Shown here piece by piece: positions 9,844 to 19,284 of a DNA stretch of 64,000 bases. The position numbers were made by a program, and so were the translations under genes. Numbering within the stretch: position 1 is the stretch's first letter; every line of letters starts with the position of its first letter. The notes below the pieces were generated by a model, which made no database searches, was not told the origin of the DNA, and saw only the letters and a list, made by a program, of their open reading frames with translations. This DNA comes from Mycoplasmatota bacterium (GTDB lineage Bacteria > Bacillota_I > Bacilli_A > RF39 > UBA660): NCBI GenBank assembly GCA_022771205.1, contig JALFCF010000003.1, positions 269 to 64,268 of the forward strand, written 5' to 3'.

Positions 9844-9844
9844 A

Positions 9845-9877
9845 AAAGATGTAAATAAATAACACATCTTTTTTTAT
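9845..9877 (+). terminator. rho-independent terminator after mraY
   Basis: agatgt...acatct stem followed by a T7 run. Confidence 0.5.
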
Positions 9878-9926
9878 GCTCTATTTTCATGATATAATAT
9901 ATAAAAATAGGAAGTAGGGTGTATTT

Positions 9927-10814
9927 ATGCAGCTAAAAAACAAAAAGAAAATTTGTCTATCAATTCTATTAATTAGTATAATGATAATAACTTTAATAAT
10001 CCCAACAGTAAAAGCTGATTCTGGATTTGACTCTAGCTATGACTCTGGTAGCAGTTGGGATAGTGGATCATCGTGGGATAGCGGTTCATCATGGGATAAT
10101 GATTATGATTATTATAGCAGTTCCGCTAGTAGTGAAAGTATCTCATCACCTTATGGGGCAGTAATAATATTATTTGTAGTGATAATAGTAGTTTTCCTTT
10201 CATTAGCAGTAGAAAAAAGCAAGAAAAATAATATGGGTAATATTACTTCATTAATACTAAAACCACTTGACAAAGGAAAATCATTATCTATAGAAGAAAT
10301 TAAGAAATTTATTCCTAATTACAATGAAAATGAATTTTTAAAAGAAAGATATCAAGACTATTTAGATATTCAAAATGCTTGGATGAATTTTGAATATGAG
10401 AAATTGAGAACTAAGCTAACTGATGAGTTATATAATCAATATGAAATGCAACTACAGACTTTAAAAATCAAAAATGAACAAAATATAATGGAAGCATTTG
10501 AATATATTGATTCTATTATCACTGACGTAAAAGAAGAAAATAATCAATTAACCATAACTATGGAACTTCAAGTTGCTTTCTATGATTATATAGTCCAAAA
10601 CAAAAAAATAGTAAGAGGAAATAAAACACAAAAAATTTATATGCACTATGAATTAGTATTTGTATGTAATAAAACAACACCAGACATCTGTCCTCATTGT
10701 GGTGCTAAATTAACTAATAAAGCATCCCAAAAATGTGAATATTGTGGAAGTATTATAGCTAAGGTATCTAAAGATTGGGTGTTGAGTAAAAAGGAGGCCA
10801 AGGATCAAAAATGA
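9927..10814 (+). CDS. membrane-anchored protein: signal peptide, SGSSWD repeats, TM helix, Tim44-like domain, C-terminal zinc ribbon + DWVL
   Basis: Signal/TM segments. Three SGSSWD(S) repeats. CPHCGAKL...CEYCGSII...DWVLS tail. Middle domain resembles Tim44-like/NTF2-fold. Confidence 0.5.
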   Translation: MQLKNKKKICLSILLISIMIITLIIPTVKADSGFDSSYDSGSSWDSGSSWDSGSSWDNDYDYYSSSASSESISSPYGAVIILFVVIIVVFLSLAVEKSKKNNMGNITSLILKPLDKGKSLSIEEIKKFIPNYNENEFLKERYQDYLDIQNAWMNFEYEKLRTKLTDELYNQYEMQLQTLKIKNEQNIMEAFEYIDSIITDVKEENNQLTITMELQVAFYDYIVQNKKIVRGNKTQKIYMHYELVFVCNKTTPDICPHCGAKLTNKASQKCEYCGSIIAKVSKDWVLSKKEAKDQK

Positions 10815-11353
10815 CATTAGAAGATTTAATAAAAAAAGACAAAAGTTTTTCTGAAAGTGGTTTTTTAGCAAAAGTAGACAATACTTACATTATGATTTTA
10901 ATGGCAATTATGACAGAAGATTTAAAACGAGTAGACCATAAAGTAGGAGATGAATTATATCAAGAACTAACTACCAAATTACAATCATCCAAAGAAGCAA
11001 ATAAGATTCAAATGTATGATGAATTAAACGTTAAAGATTCATATATTATCGGAATAGAAGAGACAGAAAACTATTATGAAATAAAAGTACAACTAATATC
11101 TAGATATATGGATTATCAAATAGACAAAACAACAAGGCAATATAAATCTGGAAATAATCAAAGTCGAGTAGAAAAAACACATATCTTAACATTCCAAAAG
11201 AAAAAAAATGCTCAAGTAGAAGGAATGAGTAGAACTTGCCCAGGATGTGGTGCTTCCGTAAATGCTAACAGCAGTGGCGTGTGTGAGTATTGTGGTACTG
11301 TTTATAATACAGAGGATTATGATTGGGTATTAATGCAAATAAAGACACAATAA
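10811..11353 (+). CDS. paralogue of the preceding gene: Tim44-like domain + zinc ribbon + DWVL, lacking the N-terminal membrane part
   Basis: CPGCGASV...CEYCGTVY...DWVLMQ tail. ATGA start/stop overlap with the upstream gene. Confidence 0.5.
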   Translation: MTLEDLIKKDKSFSESGFLAKVDNTYIMILMAIMTEDLKRVDHKVGDELYQELTTKLQSSKEANKIQMYDELNVKDSYIIGIEETENYYEIKVQLISRYMDYQIDKTTRQYKSGNNQSRVEKTHILTFQKKKNAQVEGMSRTCPGCGASVNANSSGVCEYCGTVYNTEDYDWVLMQIKTQ

Positions 11354-11380
11354 AAGAACTGTACAAGTTCTTTTTTTTTA
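11354..11380 (+). terminator. rho-independent terminator
   Basis: aagaact-gtaca-agttctt followed by T9. Confidence 0.55.
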
Positions 11381-11410
11381 CAAAAAAAATATAATAAAAT
11401 AGGTGATGCC

Positions 11411-12499
11411 ATGAAAAATAGAATAGATAAAATTTTAATAGCAGCAATTATTATATTATCTATCTTTGGTATTATAATGATATATTCTGCATCTAGTATA
11501 TGGGCAGAATATAAATTTAATGATAGTTTTCACTATTTAAAATACCAATCTGTTTTTTTCTTGATTGGTATAATTATCATGTTTGTAGTATCTAAGATAG
11601 ATTATAAAATATATTATCAAAAAGCAAATAGCATTTTATTAACATGTATAATTTTATTGATTTTAGTATTAATTCCAGGAATTGGTAGTGTTAGAAATGG
11701 AAGTCGCAGTTGGTTTGGTATTGGTTCATTAGGAATTCAACCTAGTGAATTTGCAAAACTAGGTATGATTATATTCACTAGTAAATATTTGACAAATAGC
11801 AACAAATTTTTAAAGAGTTATAAACAAGGAGTTTTTCCTATCCTAGGAGTTTTATTTTTTTTATTTGGTCTCATTATGTTACAACCAGATATGGGCACAG
11901 GAAGTATTTTAGTAGTATCAATAATAACATTATTATTTATTGCAGGAGTAAACATGAAATTTTTTATAGGAATGGGAGTATTAGGGATATTTGGTGTAAT
12001 AATATTAATTGTCATAGCACCTTATAGAATGGATAGAATCACATCATTTATAGATCCATGGAGTGATGCTTTAGGAACCGGCTTTCAAATCATTCAAAGC
12101 TTATATGCTATAGGACCAGGTGGGTTATTAGGAACCGGTTTTTTAAATTCTATTCAAAAGCATTTTTATTTGCCAGAGCCACAGACAGATTTCATTTTTT
12201 CAATAATAGCAGAGGAGTTTGGTGTTGTTGGAGCTTTTATAGTTGTTGGATTATTTTCAATTATACTTTGGAGAGGAATAAAAATAGCTCTAGGTAGTAA
12301 AGATCAATTTGCTAAATATCTATGCATTGGTATGACTTTTCAAATTATATTTCAAGCAATTATGAATTTAATGGTAGTAATAGGAATGATCCCAGTAACG
12401 GGTGTAACACTTCCTTTTTTAAGCTATGGAGGTAGTAGTTTACTTATAACACTTTGCAGTATGGGAATTATACTTAATATATCTAAGTATGAAAAATAA
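11411..12499 (+). CDS. ftsW: SEDS-family peptidoglycan glycosyltransferase (FtsW/SpoVE/RodA)
   Basis: PSEFAKL, DFIFSIIAEEFG and [16 protein letters not shown] motifs. About 10 TM helices. Confidence 0.9.
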   Translation: MKNRIDKILIAAIIILSIFGIIMIYSASSIWAEYKFNDSFHYLKYQSVFFLIGIIIMFVVSKIDYKIYYQKANSILLTCIILLILVLIPGIGSVRNGSRSWFGIGSLGIQPSEFAKLGMIIFTSKYLTNSNKFLKSYKQGVFPILGVLFFLFGLIMLQPDMGTGSILVVSIITLLFIAGVNMKFFIGMGVLGIFGVIILIVIAPYRMDRITSFIDPWSDALGTGFQIIQSLYAIGPGGLLGTGFLNSIQKHFYLPEPQTDFIFSIIAEEFGVVGAFIVVGLFSIILWRGIKIALGSKDQFAKYLCIGMTFQIIFQAIMNLMVVIGMIPVTGVTLPFLSYGGSSLLITLCSMGIILNISKYEK

Positions 12500-12584
12500 A
12501 TATAAATACAAATTTATAGTTTAATGTAACAAAATATTGTTTTTTGTAGTATAATTAAAACATGAAAATGAAGGTGGCTATAAT

Positions 12585-13205
12585 ATGACATTTGAGGAAG
12601 AAATAAATGAATTAGAAAAATTAGAATTTGAGGATGATTTTACGATAAATAAAGGCACTATTCCAATTTTGTTTTCTGCCTGCCATACAATGATACAAAA
12701 CCATGAAAATTGTACAAAGCTAAATGAACCATATACAAAAGCGATTTCATTATTTTGCAATAGAAAATTTAATACTTATTCCATTATAAAAAATAATGAT
12801 ACTGGTGTTGATTCTAATAAAGATAATTACGATAGATATAATGTTGAGATGAGAAGACTAATTAAGACTTATGGAATAAAATTAGTTATTGATTTACATG
12901 GGGCATCTAAAGAAAGAGATTTTGATATAGAATTTGGCACTTTAAATAATTTATCAGCAGACTTTTCTACTATTAAAGAATTGGAAGAATCATTTATAGA
13001 AAATGGATTAACTAAAATAATTCATAATGATCCATTTAAGGGTGGTGCTATTACTCAAGGTATATATGGTATTGATAATGTTGAAGTTATCCAATTAGAA
13101 ATAAACGGAAAATTTAGAGATTATAATAATCTAATATTGTTACAAAATTTAATTAATGCTTTAGCAAGCTTTATAAAGCAATATAATGAATATATAAATA
13201 GATAA
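12585..13205 (+). CDS. predicted zinc-amidohydrolase-like protein (N-formylglutamate amidohydrolase / succinylglutamate desuccinylase-aspartoacylase superfamily), tentative
   Basis: LFSACHTMIQNHE and VIDLHGASKE motifs resemble the metal-binding segments of that superfamily. Weak call. Confidence 0.35.
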   Translation: MTFEEEINELEKLEFEDDFTINKGTIPILFSACHTMIQNHENCTKLNEPYTKAISLFCNRKFNTYSIIKNNDTGVDSNKDNYDRYNVEMRRLIKTYGIKLVIDLHGASKERDFDIEFGTLNNLSADFSTIKELEESFIENGLTKIIHNDPFKGGAITQGIYGIDNVEVIQLEINGKFRDYNNLILLQNLINALASFIKQYNEYINR

Positions 13206-13283
13206 GACATATATTGAGAATTTATAAAGTCTTTATATTATAAATGGAAGTGTAACCTAGTATTTTTATACCACACAAAAAAT

Positions 13284-13391
13284 GTTACTGGTGTTACATT
13301 ACCATTTTTATCTTATGGTGGTTCATCACTTTTAATAAGTATGGTGAGTATGGGAATTTTGTTAAATGTTTCTAGAAATATTAAAAGCTAA
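13284..13391 (+). pseudogene. orphan 3' remnant of a second SEDS (FtsW/RodA-type) gene
   Basis: Translates to [35 protein letters not shown]. This parallels the ftsW C-terminus at 12395-12499 at the protein level but is diverged at the DNA level. No SEDS body lies upstream. Confidence 0.6.
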
Positions 13392-13445
13392 TAAAACATC
13401 TTTATATTAATCAATACAAGTGCTAAAATAAATGTAGGTGATAAT

Positions 13446-13943
13446 ATGAACATAGAACTAGATTCGTTAGTATTAACAAGATATTCAGAAGAAAAACATA
13501 AAAGATTGAAAGAGAATTTTGAATCAGGAGAATCTCATTCAGATTTTATTTATCAAATAGGCTCAAGATTAGAAAATTCAAAAAACAATAATCGAAGTAT
13601 TTATCAAAGTGCTTTTGTTGTAGAAGACTTAGGAGTACCAGTCGGTTATTTATTTATATCTAACAGAATTCGTGATGAAGTATTTTTAGAATATGCTGTT
13701 TTAAAAGAATATAGAGGTATGGGCTATGGTAGTGACATAGTCAGACAGACAACAGATTATTTATTTCAAAATCATAACATTAAAGATATTAGATTAGATA
13801 TAGACCCAAGTAACAAAAATAGTATCAATACAGCAGAAGCTTGTGGCTATACATTAGACGAAGATGAATTTGCATCTCGTAATTACACGGGAAGAATGCA
13901 ATTTGTACAAGACAGTACATATTATGTTTCTAAACGTAGATAA
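13446..13943 (+). CDS. GNAT family N-acetyltransferase
   Basis: Acetyl-CoA binding motif region EYRGMGYGSDIVRQ. Confidence 0.7.
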   Translation: MNIELDSLVLTRYSEEKHKRLKENFESGESHSDFIYQIGSRLENSKNNNRSIYQSAFVVEDLGVPVGYLFISNRIRDEVFLEYAVLKEYRGMGYGSDIVRQTTDYLFQNHNIKDIRLDIDPSNKNSINTAEACGYTLDEDEFASRNYTGRMQFVQDSTYYVSKRR

Positions 13944-13978
13944 AAGTTATAATAGTATAAATAGTAAGTTGGTGTAAT

Positions 13979-14980
13979 ATGAAAGATATATCATTTGTTG
14001 TACCTTGTTATAATTCCGAAGCATACATGGAAAAATGTATTGATTCCTTATTAATAGGAAAAAATCAAGTAGAAATAATTATAGTTGATGATGGATCAAC
14101 AGATAAAACCGGTAAGATAGCTGATAATTATCATAAAAAATATCCTCAATCAGTAAAGGTCATTCATCAAGAAAATGGTGGACATGGTGAAGGAATTAAT
14201 GTGGGATTAAAACACGCTACTGGAAAGTATTTTAAAGTAGTAGATAGTGACGATTGGCTAGACGAAGAAGCTTATAAAAAATTATTACAGGAAATAAAAC
14301 ATATTGATACAGACTTAATTGTTTGTAATTATGTATATACATATACAGATGGAAGAAAAAATCAAGTAATTTCTTTTGCCAATGTATATGATGAAAATAA
14401 AATATTAAGTTGGGATGATATTCATCGTTTTAAACTAACACAATACCCATCTCTTCATTCAATGATGTATAAAAAAAGTGTACTAGACAAAAGTAACATT
14501 GATTTACCAAAACATGTTTTTTATGAAGATAATCTATTTATCTATTTGCCACTAGTAAATACAAAGACAATTTATTACTTAGATTTGGATTTGTATCGCT
14601 ACTATATTGGTAGAGCAGATCAATCAGTTCAAGAAAGTCAAATGGTAAAAAGAAGTTCTCATCAAGTATTAGTATCAGAAAAAGTTTGTACGAAATATGA
14701 TTTGACAAAAATAGAAAATAAAAAATTACGCAGACTGATGAGAAGAGAATGTATCTTCTTAATGACAATTGGTGTTGTATTCTCTAGAATATCCTATACC
14801 AAAGAAGGAGAAAAGCAGTATAAAGAGCTTTGGCAAAAGATAAAAGAAAAAAATCCAAAATTATATCACAGTATAAGATATACAACAATGGCTACTTTTG
14901 TTTCCTTCCCAACTAGACTAGGTAGATTTATATCGTTATTTGGATATAGATTAGCTCACAAGTTAGTAAAATTTAATTAA
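13979..14980 (+). CDS. glycosyltransferase family 2 protein
   Basis: SFVVPCYNSE...VDDGSTD...VDSDD GT-A signature. Confidence 0.8.
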   Translation: MKDISFVVPCYNSEAYMEKCIDSLLIGKNQVEIIIVDDGSTDKTGKIADNYHKKYPQSVKVIHQENGGHGEGINVGLKHATGKYFKVVDSDDWLDEEAYKKLLQEIKHIDTDLIVCNYVYTYTDGRKNQVISFANVYDENKILSWDDIHRFKLTQYPSLHSMMYKKSVLDKSNIDLPKHVFYEDNLFIYLPLVNTKTIYYLDLDLYRYYIGRADQSVQESQMVKRSSHQVLVSEKVCTKYDLTKIENKKLRRLMRRECIFLMTIGVVFSRISYTKEGEKQYKELWQKIKEKNPKLYHSIRYTTMATFVSFPTRLGRFISLFGYRLAHKLVKFN

Positions 14981-15158
14981 AAAGGGCAGAAAATGCCTTT
15001 TTTTCTTTCTAAATCAATAAAAAAACTACTATAAAACATAGAATAAATTCTAATACATGATATAATAGGTATGGTATAAAAAGGAATTTCCATTTTATAC
15101 TAAAAATATACTATAAAATTTACTTTATAAAGTTATAAATAAAAAGAAAGGAGAATAT

Positions 15159-15881
15159 ATGTTAGAACTTAAAGATATATGTTTTGAAAGATCTGGCAAA
15201 AAAATATTGGATCACATTAACCTAAAATTAGACGAACAAAAATTTTATGTTATTACAGGTCCAAATGGTTCAGGAAAATCAACACTTGCTAAAATTATTA
15301 TGGGAATAGAAAAACCTGACTATGGAACAATTTTGTTGGATGGCCAAGATATTACCAATAAAACAATAGATGAGAGAGCAAAATTAGGAATTGGATTTGC
15401 TTTTCAACAACCAGTACAGTTTAAAGGAATTACAGTATATGATTTATTAAAACTTTCAACAAAGAAAGAATTAACTAAAAATGAAGCCTGCAATATTTTA
15501 TCAAAAGTAGGACTTTGTGCAATTGAATATGTAGATCGTGAAGTAAATAAATCATTATCTGGTGGAGAATTAAAACGTATAGAAATTGCAACTGTGATGG
15601 CAAGAAATCCATATCTAGCTATTTTTGACGAGCCAGAAGCAGGAATTGACTTATGGAGTTTTCAAAATTTAACAGAAGTATTTAAAGAAATAAGTAAAGA
15701 ATCTTCAGGGACTACTCTTGTTATCTCTCACCAAGAAAGAATACTAAATATAGCAGATGAAATTATCCTAATGGGAGAAGGAACTATTCAAGAATTTGGT
15801 AGAAAAGAAGAAGTGTTCGACCAAATTTTTAAACCTAAAAAGTGCTGCAAGGAGGTGAAAACCTGTGGAAGCAGAAGATAA
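15159..15881 (+). CDS. sufC: Fe-S cluster assembly ATPase SufC
   Basis: Walker A GPNGSGKST. SufC-type GIGFAFQQPV and LSGGELKRIEIA motifs. Walker B IFDEPEAGID. Confidence 0.85.
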   Translation: MLELKDICFERSGKKILDHINLKLDEQKFYVITGPNGSGKSTLAKIIMGIEKPDYGTILLDGQDITNKTIDERAKLGIGFAFQQPVQFKGITVYDLLKLSTKKELTKNEACNILSKVGLCAIEYVDREVNKSLSGGELKRIEIATVMARNPYLAIFDEPEAGIDLWSFQNLTEVFKEISKESSGTTLVISHQERILNIADEIILMGEGTIQEFGRKEEVFDQIFKPKKCCKEVKTCGSRR

Positions 15882-16782
15882 AGAACTACTACAAGAAATT
15901 GTTGGTGAAAATCCAGAAAATGCAGATAGTTACAATATTAGAAAAAATGGAAAAAAAATAGAACGAAAAGTAAATCCAAATATTAATATCATATCTAAAG
16001 AAGATAATAGTGGAATTGATATATATGTAAAAGAAGACACTTTATTCGGTACAGTAAATATTCCAGTAATTATTACTGAAAGCGGTCTAAAAGACGTAGT
16101 ATATAATGATTTTCATATAGGTAAAAATGCTAATATAATTATAGTAGCTGGTTGTGGAATTACCAATAATGGTCACTGGGATGCCCAACACGATGGAATT
16201 CATAGGTTTTATTTAGAAGAAGGCGCTAAAGTAAAATATATTGAGCGTCATTGTGGACTAGGAGTAGGAGATGGAAAAAAAGTTCTAAATCCAGTAACAG
16301 AGATTCATATGGCAAAAGGCTCATATATGGTAATGGATACTACACAAATAAAAGGTGTAGATGATACGATTCGTACTACAAAAGCAGAGTTAGATAGTGA
16401 CGCTACATTAGTAATCACAGAAAAAATATTAACTAGCAAAAATCAACAAGCTAAAACAGAATTTGTAGTAAATTTAAAAGGAGAAAATTCATCTACACAT
16501 GTAACATCACGATCAGTCGCAACAGACAATTCATATCAAGAATTTATTTCTAATATTACCGGAAATACAAAATGTTATGCCCACGTGGAATGTGATGCTA
16601 TTATAAAAGGAGAAGGACAAGTAAAAGCAGTGCCAGAAATATTTGCTAAAAATGTAGATGCTAATTTAATACATGAAGCAGCAATTGGTAAAATTGCAGG
16701 AGAACAACTAATGAAATTAATGTCCTTAGGACTATCAGAAAAAGAAGCTGAAGAAGTTATTGTAAATGGATTTTTAAAATAA
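15865..16782 (+). CDS. Fe-S cluster assembly scaffold protein, SufB/SufD family (short form)
   Basis: GTG start after AAGGAGGTG. C-terminal SufB/D signature LIHEAAIGKIAGEQLMKLMSLGLSEKEAEEVIVNGF. Confidence 0.8.
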   Translation: MEAEDKELLQEIVGENPENADSYNIRKNGKKIERKVNPNINIISKEDNSGIDIYVKEDTLFGTVNIPVIITESGLKDVVYNDFHIGKNANIIIVAGCGITNNGHWDAQHDGIHRFYLEEGAKVKYIERHCGLGVGDGKKVLNPVTEIHMAKGSYMVMDTTQIKGVDDTIRTTKAELDSDATLVITEKILTSKNQQAKTEFVVNLKGENSSTHVTSRSVATDNSYQEFISNITGNTKCYAHVECDAIIKGEGQVKAVPEIFAKNVDANLIHEAAIGKIAGEQLMKLMSLGLSEKEAEEVIVNGFLK

Positions 16783-16784
16783 AA

Positions 16785-16812
16785 AAAGGAAGAATAATTC
16801 TTCTTTTTTATT
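16785..16812. terminator. bidirectional hairpin/T-run between convergent genes
   Basis: aaaaaaaggaagaataattcttcttttttatttt. Confidence 0.4.
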
Positions 16813-16835
16813 TTAGTGTTATGTTAAATTAATAA

Positions 16836-17420
16836 TTACTTAATCTCAATATCTTTATTTTTAGAAAGTAAAAATTTACTAATATCTATATTATTTGAAA
16901 TGGTAAGTAAATTAGAACAAATTAAAATAGAATAAGACTTTTCATTTTTTAATTTAAGTATCAAATATTCATCAATATGACTATGTTTAGAAATATGATA
17001 TTCAGTTTGTTTCTGAATAGTTTTAATATCTTGATAAGAAAAAACATCAACAACTTTTTTATTTAAAATAATAAAATATTCTTCAGTTAAAAAATAATTA
17101 TCATTATTCCAAAAAAGAATATTTTGACCTACTTCCTTTAATCCATTAGTATTCAAATACTTATTTATACGTATAACTTTTTTATAAACTAAGATTCGAT
17201 TGATAAAAAAGTATATAAAAGGCAATATAATTAAGTAAATAAAAATTGCTTGCAATTTAATTGCTAATAAAATTATTCCTATAATAAAAAATCCATAAAC
17301 GAAAAAATATATAAAAATATCAGTTTTAGCCTCTTCGACATAAGATTCGATTGTTCTCGTTTTTTCATTTTTCATAATAAATACTCCATACACTTTATTT
17401 CTATATGAATAATATATCAT
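16836..17420 (-). CDS. hypothetical membrane protein (two TM helices plus a PH-like C-terminal region)
   Basis: 194-aa ORF on the minus strand with hydrophobic helices. No catalytic motif. Confidence 0.45.
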   Translation of the reverse strand: MIYYSYRNKVYGVFIMKNEKTRTIESYVEEAKTDIFIYFFVYGFFIIGIILLAIKLQAIFIYLIILPFIYFFINRILVYKKVIRINKYLNTNGLKEVGQNILFWNNDNYFLTEEYFIILNKKVVDVFSYQDIKTIQKQTEYHISKHSHIDEYLILKLKNEKSYSILICSNLLTISNNIDISKFLLSKNKDIEIK

Positions 17421-17478
17421 AAATAAAAGTTCATGAATAAAGAAAAATTTGATATACTAACATTAGGAGGATGAGATA

Positions 17479-18876
17479 ATGGAAAAGAAAAATGCATGGA
17501 AAAAGTATAAAGAAGAAGATTTAAAAAAGTTAAATGATTTGTGTGATGATTATAAAAGATTTTTAACAGTTGCTAAAACAGAAAGAGAATCCGCAAATGA
17601 AATTATCAAACGTGCCGAAGAAAAAGGATACCAAGATTTAGAAAAATATATTAGTGAGGGAAGAAGAATACTTCCTGGAGATAAAATCTATGTAAATAAT
17701 AAAGGAAAAGCAGTAGCGTTATTTAATATTGGAAAAGAGCCTATAACAAATGGAATGAATATACTTGGAGCTCATATTGATTCGCCAAGAATCGATTTAA
17801 AAGCTAATCCACTATATGAAAGTGAAGGGTTTGCTTATTTTGATACACATTACTATGGAGGAATCAAAAAGTATCAATGGGTAACGTTACCTCTAGCACT
17901 ACATGGAGTAGTAGTAAAAAAAGATGGTACAAAAATAGATATAAATATTGGTGAAAAGGAAGATGATCCAGTATTTGGTATTACTGACTTACTTCCTCAT
18001 TTAGCTGGAGAACAAATGAAAAAAGAGTCTGCAAAATTAATAGAAGGAGAAAACTTAGATATTATTATTGGAAATAAACCATTATCGAATAATTCAGAAG
18101 AGAAAAATGATGAGAAAGAAGAAATCAAGACTAATATCTTAAACATCCTAAAAGAACAATATGATATAACAGAAGACGATTTTCTATCAGCAGAAATAGA
18201 AGCAGTACCAGCAGGAAAGGCTAGAGATTTTGGCTTAGATAGAAGTATGATTATGGCATATGGTCAAGATGATAGAGTTTGTGCTTACACTTCACTAGAA
18301 GCGTTTTTACAAATAGAAGATACCATGAAAACTTTAAGCTGCATTTTAGTAGATAAAGAAGAAATAGGAAGTGTTGGAGCAACAGGAATGGAATCTCATT
18401 TCTTTGACAATGCTATAGCAGAAATTTGCGCTTTAATGGGTAATGATTCATCATTAGCTGTAAGAAGAGTATTGAATCACTCCAAGATGTTATCAAGTGA
18501 TGTAAATGCTGCTTATGATCCACTATATAAGTCAGTAATGGATAAAAGAAACTCATCACAATTTGGTCATGGACTAGTATTTTGCAAATATACTGGTGCT
18601 CGTGGAAAAAGTGGTAGTAATGATGCTAACGCAGAGTATATTGCTGAACTAAGAAAAATTATGGACGAAGAAAATATAGCTTTTCAAATATCAGAATTAG
18701 GAAAAGTAGATGCTGGTGGTGGTGGAACTATTGCTTATATTTTAGCTAACTATAATGTAGAAGTAATTGATTGTGGAGTAGGCGTATTAAGTATGCATGC
18801 CCCATGGGAAGTAACATCTAAATCAGATATTTATGAAGCATATCGTGGATATATTGCTTTTCTTCAAAATGCATAG
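17479..18876 (+). CDS. M18-family aminopeptidase (aspartyl aminopeptidase-like)
   Basis: GAHIDSPRIDLK (M18 HTDSP-type motif). Dinuclear-metal ligand regions. 465 aa. Confidence 0.75.
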   Translation: MEKKNAWKKYKEEDLKKLNDLCDDYKRFLTVAKTERESANEIIKRAEEKGYQDLEKYISEGRRILPGDKIYVNNKGKAVALFNIGKEPITNGMNILGAHIDSPRIDLKANPLYESEGFAYFDTHYYGGIKKYQWVTLPLALHGVVVKKDGTKIDINIGEKEDDPVFGITDLLPHLAGEQMKKESAKLIEGENLDIIIGNKPLSNNSEEKNDEKEEIKTNILNILKEQYDITEDDFLSAEIEAVPAGKARDFGLDRSMIMAYGQDDRVCAYTSLEAFLQIEDTMKTLSCILVDKEEIGSVGATGMESHFFDNAIAEICALMGNDSSLAVRRVLNHSKMLSSDVNAAYDPLYKSVMDKRNSSQFGHGLVFCKYTGARGKSGSNDANAEYIAELRKIMDEENIAFQISELGKVDAGGGGTIAYILANYNVEVIDCGVGVLSMHAPWEVTSKSDIYEAYRGYIAFLQNA

Positions 18877-18902
18877 TTAATAAGCAGTAGGGGGAAAAGG
18901 AA

Positions 18903-19172
18903 ATGTATAACTGGGAAATAGAAAAATTTTTAAAAGAAAGAAATTATTATATAGGTGGAGACGACTTATTAAAAGTAATCTCTATTTTGGAAAATCCTCA
19001 GTTGACTTATATAAAAAGATGTATGGGTGAATGGGAAGGCGAAAACGAAAAGTGTATTTATTATATGAAAGCAAAGGAAGATTTTAATCCCAATGAGGAA
19101 ATAGAATTTAAATTTTGTGCTATGCCATATGATGAAGCTAAAGCTAAAGGCTTAGTGAAAGTAAAAAAATAG
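18903..19172 (+). CDS. hypothetical protein
   Basis: 89-aa ORF with RBS GGGGGAAAAGGA and a terminator hairpin at 19171-19198. Confidence 0.35.
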   Translation: MYNWEIEKFLKERNYYIGGDDLLKVISILENPQLTYIKRCMGEWEGENEKCIYYMKAKEDFNPNEEIEFKFCAMPYDEAKAKGLVKVKK

Positions 19173-19284
19173 AGATGTTTTTTATCTCTATTTTTTTGAC
19201 TAAAATAAAAAGCTTTAAAAATATAGAAAAAATCTAGTCTATAATAAATAAAACTGCTACAATATAAATAGAGAGGAGTAAGTT

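Noticed and set aside
10043-10100. The 18-bp tandem repeats as a non-coding repeat or CRISPR-like element
   Set aside because: They are in frame within a CDS, encode the SGSSWD serine-rich repeats and number only three. This is a coding low-complexity repeat.
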